Virus record (IMG/VR): IMGVR_UViG_3300017721_001604
Location: 1-43,817 of that record
Direction: 5' to 3' (one strand)
Source of the DNA: a virus
Taxonomy: Duplodnaviria; Caudoviricetes
DNA length: 43,817 bases
Shown: positions 1-9,691 of the stretch, piece after piece
Position numbering within the stretch: position 1 is the first letter of the stretch
Layout of the letters: each line of letters opens with the position of its first letter
Program-made: the position numbers and the translations under genes
The notes under the pieces: generated by a model
Told to the model about the DNA's origin: nothing
Database searches by the model: none
What the model saw: only the letters and a program-made list of their open reading frames with translations

Positions 1-3000
1 CTTGCCAGAAGAGTTCCAAATAGAGGAATATCTTTTTATATCAAAAACACTGTTAAAAGCAACGTCTAAATTATCCATCGGAGTTATGTTTCTTATCGAT
101 TTGCAAATACCGAAATAACCATTTGATTCGTCTTTATAATTTGATATTCTTAAAACTTTAGAGTCGTCCACAATGCCGGAGTACTTTAGAAAACTTAATT
201 CAAAAAACTTATTTTCTAAAGAGTTAAATTTTTTATTTTCCGAATAGTAATAAGACTCTTTACCAAACCCGAATATTTCGACAGCTAAATTTGCATCATT
301 TGATATGCCATTCCAATTATTTTTTATCCAAGTAGAGATAGATCCCTCTCTTAGTTGTATATTTGACTGTGCCGGTATGTCAAGAGTTGTTTTGTCATCA
401 AACAAAAGCCCATCTTTATATCTAACAACAGAATATTCTAGATTCCCAGAATAATTTAAATCTGTAGACAAATGATGCTTTCCTAAAACCCAACCGGGTA
501 GATTTCTTTCAAATATATCTGGTTCTGTTTTGGAAATTGCGGAAACTAATCTTTTTATAGATGGAATTGTTGGCCCTTCCGAAAAGGATTGCAAAGCTCC
601 CTCTAAGGCATCCCTGAAAGGTTCTCTTGCTTTATCTAGACCAAAATTCGAAAAATATGGGAGCTGCACAAGTTTTGCGAAGTTATTAGCCAAAGCAGTC
701 CTTAGCGCTCCGTATTCGTATGAGACATAATAACTTTCACCCTCAGAGACGGCACCTCTGTCTAGCCAAAAGATAGAGTTGTCTCCATATTCGTAAGATA
801 TAGATATGTCATCTTTTAAGAATAAATAATCAAATGTTAAGATTCCAAAAGAATACTCTACAAAAACAGCTGTTCCTATTTGTGGTGTATTTTGGGCAAC
901 ATATATTATTTCACATTTATCACCAGATGACAAGTCTGACTTCCCGTTTAAAACAAGTTTATCTCCACTAAAAGAAGCCGTTGTTACTAGGTAAAAATTA
1001 GAACTAGAAGAAGAACCCTGCAGTTCAATTGTTTTGCTTATTTTAGAATAACTAATTATATTGTAAACATTTCCACTTTCGTCTTTTACAAAGTCTAAAG
1101 AATCTATAAAATCAAATAGATCCTCATTTATTACACTTAAAACAAAAGTAGTTGTGCCATTAGATATATTAGAAAAAAATATTTCTGACTTTACATGATT
1201 TAAGTTTTGATCAAGAATTTGCCTTTCATCAGAAACCCTTACAACACTGTAAATATTGCTTGTTGCTTTATTTAATATTAATTCAAAATTTATATTTTTT
1301 TCAAAAGAAGAAACTTCTTTCGATTTTAGATCAATTCTATTTTCATCAACATAATAGTTTAATTTATTCAATAGGTTTTTATCATTAATATTTTTAGAAT
1401 TAGATTCTTCTATATACCCAGATGTGCCATTTGCATTTTTGCCCAAAACCTGATCGGCAGTCAAAACTTTGTTTAGCTTTTGTATATCTTTAGAAACAAC
1501 TATTGTATAATCATCTAAAATTATGCAAGTTTCTTTCTCTTCATTTTTATAGGAGGCTTTTACTCCAGTGTTACTTTCATACGATGCGTTTAGATTTGCA
1601 ACAGAAAATGATCCATCGTCTATATTTTTTGAATCAAACTTATAACTATTTTTTGTTTTTGTATTTTCTTTTTTTAAATCATTTACAGAGGCAAGATTAG
1701 AAAAGTTTGTATTATTTTTATTAAAATTATACGAACAACTGCCAAAGCCTGAGCCTTCATTGAGTCCCAGATAAATAACTCCGTTTGTGTAGTCAATTCC
1801 ATAATCTCCTGATTTCTTTATTCTCGATAAATTTAGCAATATATTATCAGAGCTAAAAGAGTTTAATAAAAATATATTTTCACTATCTAAAAATATTCTG
1901 CTTTGCTCCAGATCAAAATACTTTTCTGTTTTAAAAATACCTTTTTCCGAGAAAGTAACAGAGCTTGAAAACATAGACCCAATTGACTCTTTCTGCAGAT
2001 TTAACACTTCTTGATTTTCCAGGGCAAAAATTGCCATTTTTGGCCCGATAAAGTAACCCACCCCAGATTGAGGCACCTGTGAGCCTTCTATGCCAATCGA
2101 ATTGTAATATTCTCCTCCAGAGAAAAAATTAATTTTGTACTCTGAAGACCCGTCTCTAGATTTTAAATAGTAAACTGTATCCTTATCTATAAGCCTGCTA
2201 TGAATTGGCGGATTAATCGGAATATTTGAAGTTCCGATAGCTGCCTTTATGTTTGCTCCAAAAGCTGGAGAAACAGTTGTAAACGTCTCAATTAGAGACT
2301 CTCTATATACAGATTCAAAGTTTGGATTTTCATTATATACCTCTCTAAACTCAGGAGACTTATTTCCAGAAAATACAACTTTGTTTTGGAAATAATAAAT
2401 AGGATTATATATTTCACCAGTCGTTCTGTTTAAAATCCTAAAAACTTCTGATATCTGGCCACTTTCAGTTCTTAGACTAAAACCACTAACAGTAGAGGCT
2501 TTTACGGATTCATTTATTTTCTCGATGTGAGTGTTATCTCTATAATGAGTGCCTTCGACAAACACGGTTTCATAATCAAAAGATATATATATTTTATCGT
2601 TTAATATTTTTCTTTTTGAGTTTAGGGCAAAGTCCTGTCCCTCTACAAAGAAATCGAAATTCTCCTCTAAATCTCTTCTATAATTGTACCTTGCAACATA
2701 AGTTCTTTCAGAGGTACCCGTTCCTTCTAGACCAAAAACATTGACTTCTCCTGTGGCATAGTTAACAGAGTACTCACCGGGGTTCTTGGGAAGTCTGACA
2801 TCGTATTTTATTTCAGATTTAAACTCCTCTGGGATCTCAGAAAGTGATTCGTCAGTATAAAAACGAACACCATTTACTTTTGGAACAGCATTTGATGCCG
2901 TAACAATGTTTGAGTTTGAAAGTTTAAAATGCTTTGAGAAAGAAGGGGTGGTCTCTGTAAATCCAGACACTACCTCATAAGCAGATATCTCAGACGTTGG

Positions 3001-3987
3001 TAACTCTTCAACGTTTTTTGTTAGATACTTTATAGACACTGAGTCATTTTTTTCAAAGAATATATTAGAATCAGGAGGTATAATTATCTGCTTATCATTC
3101 AGCGGCAAGTAAATGTTTGCCAGATCATCATATTTGTTGTCTTTTATCAAATATTTATATTTTTCAAGATTATATACTGTGCCAATCTCGCCATCGCAAT
3201 CTTGAGTTTCAGAAGGTTTAACTACTTTTAACTCTAAAAGTTTTATAATCTTTTTTGGAAGAGATATTATTATAGAAGATCCAAATATATTATCTTTTGA
3301 AATAGACAAAGAATGAGTTTCGATGCCCTCCTGTAAGGATATTATGTTGTCAACCAGTGTGTGTCTGGGTTCGATACTTGTCTGATAGTTTATAATCTTA
3401 CCTTTTGATCCAACTCCAGTTATGTTTTTTGAAACTCTTTTTAGCTTGAAAACATTTTCATTTGCAAATATATCATAAGAACCGCCTGTTCTAGTCCTTA
3501 TTTCATCATCAATACTAACTCTTAAATAATTGTCAGCAAGAAGCTCCCCCACTGATCTTTGAGCGTTGTGTATCTCTTTTGCATGAACGGACAGTATGTC
3601 CTCGATTGATGTTCCCTCAAGATTAAAAATTTTAGATAGGTTTGAAAACATCCTATCTTTGACAGGGTTGAATTCATCTGTGCCTACAAAAAATATTTTT
3701 CTTGAGGCTTTGTCATTTATTAAAGCTTCTCCATCTAAAGACTTAAACTCATATGTTTCATTACCTACAAGGTCAAGAGTATAGTATGTTCTTGGATTTT
3801 GAGGAGATGTCTTTAGTGTAACTGCTTTGTCTTCAATTTTGATAGAGATGACTTCTAAACTACTAGTGTTATCTAAGCTTGCAGTTATCTTAAAATTATT
3901 TTTTGTTAAAAGTCCAACACTTTTTGAAAACAGTATTGTAACCTCTGAACTTGATGGAAGATAAAAACTTATTGGTCTTAATGGCAT
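1..3987 (-). CDS. Large baseplate wedge protein (gpI/gp7-like) with LamG/ConA-like domain; partial, runs off left edge (>1329 aa)
   Basis: Not in the ORF track because it has no in-window stop. ATG at 3987 is preceded by AGGTGA and starts MPLRPISFYLPSSSEVTILFSK. No stop found in the portions I translated (1-2460 and ~3520-3987, same frame). GALRTALANNFAKLVQLP..REPFRDALEGALQSFSEGPTIPSIKRLV (~540-720) resembles the gpI/gp7 wedge motif. YKDGLLFDD..LREGSISTWIKNNWNG (~310-420) resembles a LamG start. Directly follows the gpJ-like gene. Confidence 0.8.
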   Translation of the reverse strand, partial: MPLRPISFYLPSSSEVTILFSKSVGLLTKNNFKITASLDNTSSLEVISIKIEDKAVTLKTSPQNPRTYYTLDLVGNETYEFKSLDGEALINDKASRKIFFVGTDEFNPVKDRMFSNLSKIFNLEGTSIEDILSVHAKEIHNAQRSVGELLADNYLRVSIDDEIRTRTGGSYDIFANENVFKLKRVSKNITGVGSKGKIINYQTSIEPRHTLVDNIISLQEGIETHSLSISKDNIFGSSIIISLPKKIIKLLELKVVKPSETQDCDGEIGTVYNLEKYKYLIKDNKYDDLANIYLPLNDKQIIIPPDSNIFFEKNDSVSIKYLTKNVEELPTSEISAYEVVSGFTETTPSFSKHFKLSNSNIVTASNAVPKVNGVRFYTDESLSEIPEEFKSEIKYDVRLPKNPGEYSVNYATGEVNVFGLEGTGTSERTYVARYNYRRDLEENFDFFVEGQDFALNSKRKILNDKIYISFDYETVFVEGTHYRDNTHIEKINESVKASTVSGFSLRTESGQISEVFRILNRTTGEIYNPIYYFQNKVVFSGNKSPEFREVYNENPNFESVYRESLIETFTTVSPAFGANIKAAIGTSNIPINPPIHSRLIDKDTVYYLKSRDGSSEYKINFFSGGEYYNSIGIEGSQVPQSGVGYFIGPKMAIFALENQEVLNLQKESIGSMFSSSVTFSEKGIFKTEKYFDLEQSRIFLDSENIFLLNSFSSDNILLNLSRIKKSGDYGIDYTNGVIYLGLNEGSGFGSCSYNFNKNNTNFSNLASVNDLKKENTKTKNSYKFDSKNIDDGSFSVANLNASYESNTGVKASYKNEEKETCIILDDYTIVVSKDIQKLNKVLTADQVLGKNANGTSGYIEESNSKNINDKNLLNKLNYYVDENRIDLKSKEVSSFEKNINFELILNKATSNIYSVVRVSDERQILDQNLNHVKSEIFFSNISNGTTTFVLSVINEDLFDFIDSLDFVKDESGNVYNIISYSKISKTIELQGSSSSSNFYLVTTASFSGDKLVLNGKSDLSSGDKCEIIYVAQNTPQIGTAVFVEYSFGILTFDYLFLKDDISISYEYGDNSIFWLDRGAVSEGESYYVSYEYGALRTALANNFAKLVQLPYFSNFGLDKAREPFRDALEGALQSFSEGPTIPSIKRLVSAISKTEPDIFERNLPGWVLGKHHLSTDLNYSGNLEYSVVRYKDGLLFDDKTTLDIPAQSNIQLREGSISTWIKNNWNGISNDANLAVEIFGFGKESYYYSENKKFNSLENKFFELSFLKYSGIVDDSKVLRISNYKDESNGYFGICKSIRNITPMDNLDVAFNSVFDIKRYSSIWNSSGK

Positions 3988-3994
3988 TGTTCAC

Positions 3995-6900
3995 CTAACT
4001 TATTTTAAAATTGCTTCTTGAAACTGCAGCAAATAACACTGTGCCAGGACTTATTGTCTGGTTGTCCAATGCCTTTACAAACGTTCTTCTTCCGTTTTGT
4101 CCAGAGTAATTGAACTTAGATACATCTACTGAGTCTACACCCGCAACACCTGTGACTATTTGGATAATATCCGAATAGTCGATGAGCGACCCTAGCTCTC
4201 CAGAGTTTAAAAGATTCGCAACGTTATTATTTACATTTTCTAAAACTGATGCAGAATCTGACTGAAAGTCTTCAGAAACCACAACCGAACCCGAAACGTC
4301 TACCAAAAGCTCTGCCGCTTCTTTTATAAGAACATCTGCAGTAACCGGTCTAACAGACTCTACTGCATTTGTAGCAGTTCTTATGAGATTGTTTGTATTA
4401 TACTCTATGGTAACTCTCTCTCCATCTCTGGGGGCTTTAAAGTCGTAATTGGAAAAATAGGACTCACCCTGCCCCGGCTGGTTGAGCTGAAATAAGTTTA
4501 TGTTGCCGATAACGTTATTATTAGAGTTCTTGAATCCCGATATGATATTTATTTTATTTATTCTATAATAGAACTTATTAGTTATCCTAGATTCTGTTTC
4601 AAAGAAGAACAGTTCTTCAAAGGACTTGGGGTCAGATATATACATATCTGCTTCAATAATTGTTCCACTGGTATAGTTATGAGTCCCTGGTATGTTCATT
4701 TCCAGGTTTTTCAAAGAGCTGTCTAAAGAAGCATTTCTTATGTCATAGTCTCTGTTTTTTAACTTATAATTATTTATATCTACAACCTTGCCGCCTATTG
4801 TGAGTGAGTTTAGTTTTGATATGAATATGTCTTTGTTGAAGTTATTTCCAAGAATATTTGACAGTTCAGAAGTCAAATCTAGAGAGGTTCCGTTAAAAGT
4901 ATTCCCCGCAAAGACCTGTATTATAAATCGCTCTCCAGAAACACCCTCTAGGCCTATCTTTCCGCTTGAAACAGTTCCTGATACAGAAATTGTTATATTA
5001 GATGGTGAATATCGATATATATCGGATATACTATTATTGTTAAAAACAAACTCTAATGGTTGTCTTGACTCTTGAATCTTTGCAAAATTTGTATTTATAA
5101 AAAAGTTTTCAGATTCTGATTTTAATATTGGTAATTGATCGAGCTGAGTTGATGGTATTAGGTTTGAAACATCTAAAGAGTAATCTACAAAAACACTTCT
5201 CTTTGTAAAGAATGCGTTTGTTACTGAAGATAATAAGTTTTCTGATTGCAAAACAGAGACTTCTGGTAACTCAATTGTCTTACCGTTAAAAGTTCCATCA
5301 TTATTTTCCAAATTATATAATTCAATTTTATTAAATATAACCTCTACCTCTCCCCCAACTTCAGCATTGCTATCTGATGGCAGAAATACTATCTTATTGT
5401 TTACATTTCCATCAGACTTCTCAGTATTGAATATCTCAACACTTTCAGATGTCTTTATTGAGACTATACCAGAAACTGAGCTACCAAGTGAAGATAGGTC
5501 TATAACTTTTTCGTTATCCAAAAGACTGACCGTTCCTGCCGCACTATCTGAAAGGAATACTGAAGATACAGAAGATATGGGGCTTAATACGTCTAATGAA
5601 AAAGTACCTGTCTTAGAGTCTCTTTGCAGCAGAGTTATTTCTCCAAACACACCGTTTGCTCCACTCCAATCTATAGCATCCTCTATTGGGTCTATATAAT
5701 ATGTATTCTTTTTTGAAGAATAATCTTTATTTTCATCAAAGACCTTCCTCCAAGAATATGAAACCTTTAACTTGTCAGAAATAGTGGGTAGGTTTTTGCC
5801 AGAAATTTCAATTATACCTGTTGAATTAACTCCAATCTCGGGATCAATGCCTGAACTCTTAACAACATATACTTCGCCAGTCGTAAAGTTTACAACACTT
5901 CTGATATCAGATATAGGGTAATGTTTTAGCTGTATTACCGAAGGATCAATTATTGACACTTTTGAGTTTTCAGAGTTTATTAAAATATCTTGATAGATAT
6001 TGTAAATTTCAGATATTTGATCAAATCCAATACCATCAATAATGTTATTTCCAGATTTTGTAATAAGCTCATCCCTTACAAGTTTTTTGTCAGAGACAAA
6101 CTTTATTTTATCAAAACCGAACGGAGTACCTCCGGTATCTGAGTTTAAGTCTTTTTCTAATATATAATTTCCATCATAAGTGCCATTATCTAAAAGCACC
6201 GCTTCTGTAAGAACACCTGACGAAGAACCAAATACATTTATAACCCTGTCAACGGGCTGGAACGGAAGGTTGCCTGTTTTGAAAGCTTTAAATCTTCTTT
6301 CCTCAGAAGTCAAACTCTTGTCTTGGTTAGAGTTACCTAAGACGTGGTCGTTTATGTCATCAGATATCTTGCCGGATGGTGATTTGTTTCTGAAAATAAA
6401 ACTTTCGCTTATTTGCTCTATTTGGCTTCCCAAGACATATACGTCAACCTTACCACCTGTTCCAGAATTTATTATTCTGCTTGCATTCTCTGTGCTTAAA
6501 ATCTCAGTGCCATCTCTCAGCATAAGTGAATTACCAGGCTCAACAACAAGCGCGTCCAAGACCCCTTCAAGCCCTAGTACTGCATTTCTGTACCCTATAC
6601 TGGTACCGGTATTAGACCCTGTAAATACTGATAAGAATCTGGTTCTAAATGTAGAGTCTGACTCCTCGTTAGTCCCTCCGGAAAAAGATGAGATGTTTGT
6701 GACAGAAACTGTAAAGCCAGAGCTTGTTTCTATTAACTGGTTTGTAGATATGTTTCCTACTGTGCCAATAGTTGTTGCCTCAACTGGTATTTCTATAGCG
6801 TAAGAGTCCACTATACCCGCAACGTCAAGAGACTCTCTTATTCTTGAAGCATTTGATGCATATCTGTTTTTGTTTGATGCGATCATAGAAAAGGCGCCAA

Positions 6901-7258
6901 GTGTTTTGAAAGAAACGCCATTTCTAGCGGTCAATATAGTTCCAGAAGGAACTGTTAAGTCCTCGTTTAGATTATTTGTTGTAATAATCGCAATACCTCC
7001 AGCCGGAGTACCAGTTCTTCTTATCACTCCAAAATTAGAGGCCAATCTGTCAAGATCTCTCCCACTGGCGGTTGCAAAGGACTGCTTGTCAGATATTAAG
7101 GCTATCAGTCTATATATCTTTTGAATTTCATCAGCTTGAAGATCGACAAACAAATCTCTTGAGACAGTGCCTGGCTTAGTGTCAAGAGTTGGCTGAACCA
7201 ATCTTAACCTTTCAAGCATTGCATTTACTACTTCCGTAAAACTTTTAATTGAGGCCAT
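3995..7258 (-). CDS. Baseplate J-like wedge protein (gp6/gpJ family), enlarged to 1087 aa
   Basis: ATASGRDLDRLASNFGVIRR, VPSGTILTA, GGTNEESDSTFRTR, GTSIGY and C-terminal GELGSLIDYSDIIQIVTGVAGVDSV are typical baseplate J motifs. Follows the gp25-like gene. Confidence 0.9.
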   Translation of the reverse strand: MASIKSFTEVVNAMLERLRLVQPTLDTKPGTVSRDLFVDLQADEIQKIYRLIALISDKQSFATASGRDLDRLASNFGVIRRTGTPAGGIAIITTNNLNEDLTVPSGTILTARNGVSFKTLGAFSMIASNKNRYASNASRIRESLDVAGIVDSYAIEIPVEATTIGTVGNISTNQLIETSSGFTVSVTNISSFSGGTNEESDSTFRTRFLSVFTGSNTGTSIGYRNAVLGLEGVLDALVVEPGNSLMLRDGTEILSTENASRIINSGTGGKVDVYVLGSQIEQISESFIFRNKSPSGKISDDINDHVLGNSNQDKSLTSEERRFKAFKTGNLPFQPVDRVINVFGSSSGVLTEAVLLDNGTYDGNYILEKDLNSDTGGTPFGFDKIKFVSDKKLVRDELITKSGNNIIDGIGFDQISEIYNIYQDILINSENSKVSIIDPSVIQLKHYPISDIRSVVNFTTGEVYVVKSSGIDPEIGVNSTGIIEISGKNLPTISDKLKVSYSWRKVFDENKDYSSKKNTYYIDPIEDAIDWSGANGVFGEITLLQRDSKTGTFSLDVLSPISSVSSVFLSDSAAGTVSLLDNEKVIDLSSLGSSVSGIVSIKTSESVEIFNTEKSDGNVNNKIVFLPSDSNAEVGGEVEVIFNKIELYNLENNDGTFNGKTIELPEVSVLQSENLLSSVTNAFFTKRSVFVDYSLDVSNLIPSTQLDQLPILKSESENFFINTNFAKIQESRQPLEFVFNNNSISDIYRYSPSNITISVSGTVSSGKIGLEGVSGERFIIQVFAGNTFNGTSLDLTSELSNILGNNFNKDIFISKLNSLTIGGKVVDINNYKLKNRDYDIRNASLDSSLKNLEMNIPGTHNYTSGTIIEADMYISDPKSFEELFFFETESRITNKFYYRINKINIISGFKNSNNNVIGNINLFQLNQPGQGESYFSNYDFKAPRDGERVTIEYNTNNLIRTATNAVESVRPVTADVLIKEAAELLVDVSGSVVVSEDFQSDSASVLENVNNNVANLLNSGELGSLIDYSDIIQIVTGVAGVDSVDVSKFNYSGQNGRRTFVKALDNQTISPGTVLFAAVSRSNFKIS

Positions 7259-7259
7259 A

Positions 7260-7688
7260 TTAAATCCTAACTGTAATAACTTGAGATAACTCTTCTTGCT
7301 CTAATGTTATAATCGAAACAAAAACGCTCCACATTCTTGGATCTGTTTCATCCCTAAATGCTCTAACAGAAGATATTTCAAGTATCGTTTCACCGGGAGA
7401 AACATACTGATATCTTGACTGACTTCTTTGCATTCTTACAAGATTATTTATAGCAGAAGAAACGCTATTCTCTAAATTTTTTTTATAAAACGATTCATCA
7501 AGAACGGAGCCTATATCAAGCTTACCCGCTGCAGACCCATAAAAAGAATGATACTTATTTTCTCCTAAGTCAGTAAGTAAAATCTTTAATATGTCCTGCC
7601 TAAGTTTTCTATTTTTCTCAACGAATATTGGTTGCCCAGAGTCATCGAGTGAAATATCACCGTTAACTATTTTTAAATCAAACGACAT
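7260..7688 (-). CDS. gp25/gpW-like baseplate wedge (sheath initiator)
   Basis: 142 aa, DLKIVNGDI..LRQDILKILLTDLGENKYHSFYGS. Size, motif and position before gpJ all fit. Confidence 0.85.
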   Translation of the reverse strand: MSFDLKIVNGDISLDDSGQPIFVEKNRKLRQDILKILLTDLGENKYHSFYGSAAGKLDIGSVLDESFYKKNLENSVSSAINNLVRMQRSQSRYQYVSPGETILEISSVRAFRDETDPRMWSVFVSIITLEQEELSQVITVRI

Positions 7689-7750
7689 AATAAAATACCT
7701 TTTTTTATCACTTAACTAAAGTAATAAAAATAATAGACGGCATAGCCTAT

Positions 7751-9691
7751 TTATATATCATCAGAATTCATAACTTCTTTTACAAATGAATATATTCCAA
7801 TTATATTTTTAGTATATTCTGTTACTGAGTCTGTTATTGTTGGCTTTTCAAATCCTTCAAAAAAGTTAAATGTCGGATACACATCTTTTAAGTTTTTAAA
7901 CTGTTCTTCGTCTAGCATGCCAATAAGAAACTCTTCCGGAAGAGTAAACATGCCTAGAGTAAATGTCACCAAATCTATGAGTCCAATACCTCGATTTATG
8001 CCAACAGACATCGTAATCTCGGAGGCCTTAGCCTGAACACTATTACCTCCACTAGAATTTTTTTCATCCTCTTCTTTTTGTTCATCGACTTTTGCTTTAG
8101 CCAAACTACCGGGTGTTGTAACCAATGAGTTTATAACTCCCATAAACTCACCTTTCGAAAGCTCAGAAGATCTAAATGTGTCTGCTTGTATATCTATAAC
8201 ATCACTAGAAGATAAAAGTATTTTTATGGTATCATCAATGCTTTTGATTATAGAATAAACATTATTTATATTCTTATAACCTTCAGTCACTGTATTTGTA
8301 CCTTGGTCACCAGACTTAGTTTTGCTTTGATGGCTAGGGTTATCATTCTTTTTCGGATCAGAAGAGGAACTGCTATCGGTATCTAAATCACCGCTAGCAC
8401 TATTATTACTGGTCACAACCTTACCAGTTATGTCAGAGCTGGAAACGTAATCTTCAATGTCTTCTATTAACTTTTCTGATAGAAAATTTAAAGTAGAATA
8501 GAGTCTGTTTATCATTAAATTTTCTAAAAAAGAATAACTGTCTTTAACATCTTCAAATTTATATTTTGTAAATGGATTAACCGAACTTGAAAAGTTCAGG
8601 TCTTCACTGTAACCTGATAGCTTGTCAAGCCTTATTCTTATAATGGATTCCAACAGGCTTGTTTTTGTTTTTTTATTATTAATTTTTGCGAAGTTAACAT
8701 TTCCGAACGGCTTTCTTATTATCTTATCAAATTCTGATATACAGTTTGAAATCCTAGCATCTTGAACTGGAGGAAGTAACAAGTATGTAAATTTCTCAAA
8801 GTCATCTGATATGTTCAAAAGGTTTGGCTTGAAATCTTTTTTTTCTAAAATATAAAACCTATACATTTGGTCTATAGTAGAGTCTAAAGGATTTTTGTCA
8901 TTTAAAGATATACTCTCTAATTTTAGAATGTCTTCATCCGTAGAGACCGAAGTTATAGAGTTAGAGAAAGATGTTTTTCTGTCAGATTCAAAAGTAGGAC
9001 TCTCTATGGTAACAAGACTGTCTTTTGAGTCAATTATGGAGTATAGGGATATAATAAAGTTTGAATCTTTTGAGAATAGATCATTTAGCTTGTCGTCAAT
9101 CGTTCTTATGCTATATATGTCAAAAACATCTTTTTTTGCAGAAACCTGTCTGAAGTAAGTCTGCCTCTCTTCCAGAATGTCAAAAAGAACACTTTCAGTA
9201 GCTCCATTAGTACTTGCAAAAAAGTAACCACCTCTTTTTAAGTCATAATACAAAAAGTCATCTACTTTGTCAGAATCAGGCAAACCCAACATTCTCATAA
9301 AAGTGTTTTCATAAGACTCAATGTAAGCCTGCCTGTTCGCGATTATCTCTTCAGGAGACTGACCGGCCAAAGCGTTTGCGGCACCCGAAAAGTCTTTTTT
9401 TATTGCTTTTACAAGCTCTATCGGTAAAAATGTAGATCTGTTACCATCTAGTTGATTGCCAAAATCTTTATATTTTTTTATAATATTAGAAAAAGCATCT
9501 TTGAAGAGCTTATTAAATATATCATCTTTGCCTACTGAATCTACAATAACATCCGTAAAGCTAGAACCCTGAAGATCTACATCTCCGACATTAAAGTTCT
9601 GTGACAAAAATAAAGTTTTCAACTTTTCTTCTGAAGACTTAACCTGTTCAGTTATCGTCTTTCCTAGCTTTTTGGTATCAATTGACTTCAT
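7751..9691 (-). CDS. Hypothetical virion-associated protein, 646 aa, with Ser/Asp-rich linker and C-terminal hydrophobic segment
   Basis: Long ORF whose start overlaps the upstream stop (TAATG at 9689-9693). Hydrophobic GIGLIDLVTFTLGMFTLPEEFLIGML near the C-terminus. Confidence 0.6.
   Translation of the reverse strand: MKSIDTKKLGKTITEQVKSSEEKLKTLFLSQNFNVGDVDLQGSSFTDVIVDSVGKDDIFNKLFKDAFSNIIKKYKDFGNQLDGNRSTFLPIELVKAIKKDFSGAANALAGQSPEEIIANRQAYIESYENTFMRMLGLPDSDKVDDFLYYDLKRGGYFFASTNGATESVLFDILEERQTYFRQVSAKKDVFDIYSIRTIDDKLNDLFSKDSNFIISLYSIIDSKDSLVTIESPTFESDRKTSFSNSITSVSTDEDILKLESISLNDKNPLDSTIDQMYRFYILEKKDFKPNLLNISDDFEKFTYLLLPPVQDARISNCISEFDKIIRKPFGNVNFAKINNKKTKTSLLESIIRIRLDKLSGYSEDLNFSSSVNPFTKYKFEDVKDSYSFLENLMINRLYSTLNFLSEKLIEDIEDYVSSSDITGKVVTSNNSASGDLDTDSSSSSDPKKNDNPSHQSKTKSGDQGTNTVTEGYKNINNVYSIIKSIDDTIKILLSSSDVIDIQADTFRSSELSKGEFMGVINSLVTTPGSLAKAKVDEQKEEDEKNSSGGNSVQAKASEITMSVGINRGIGLIDLVTFTLGMFTLPEEFLIGMLDEEQFKNLKDVYPTFNFFEGFEKPTITDSVTEYTKNIIGIYSFVKEVMNSDDI

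Noticed and set aside
7725-7752. Possible terminator after the 646-aa gene (AATAGGC..GTCTATT then ATTTTT)
   Set aside because: Weak AT-rich stem with a wobble pair; insufficient support.
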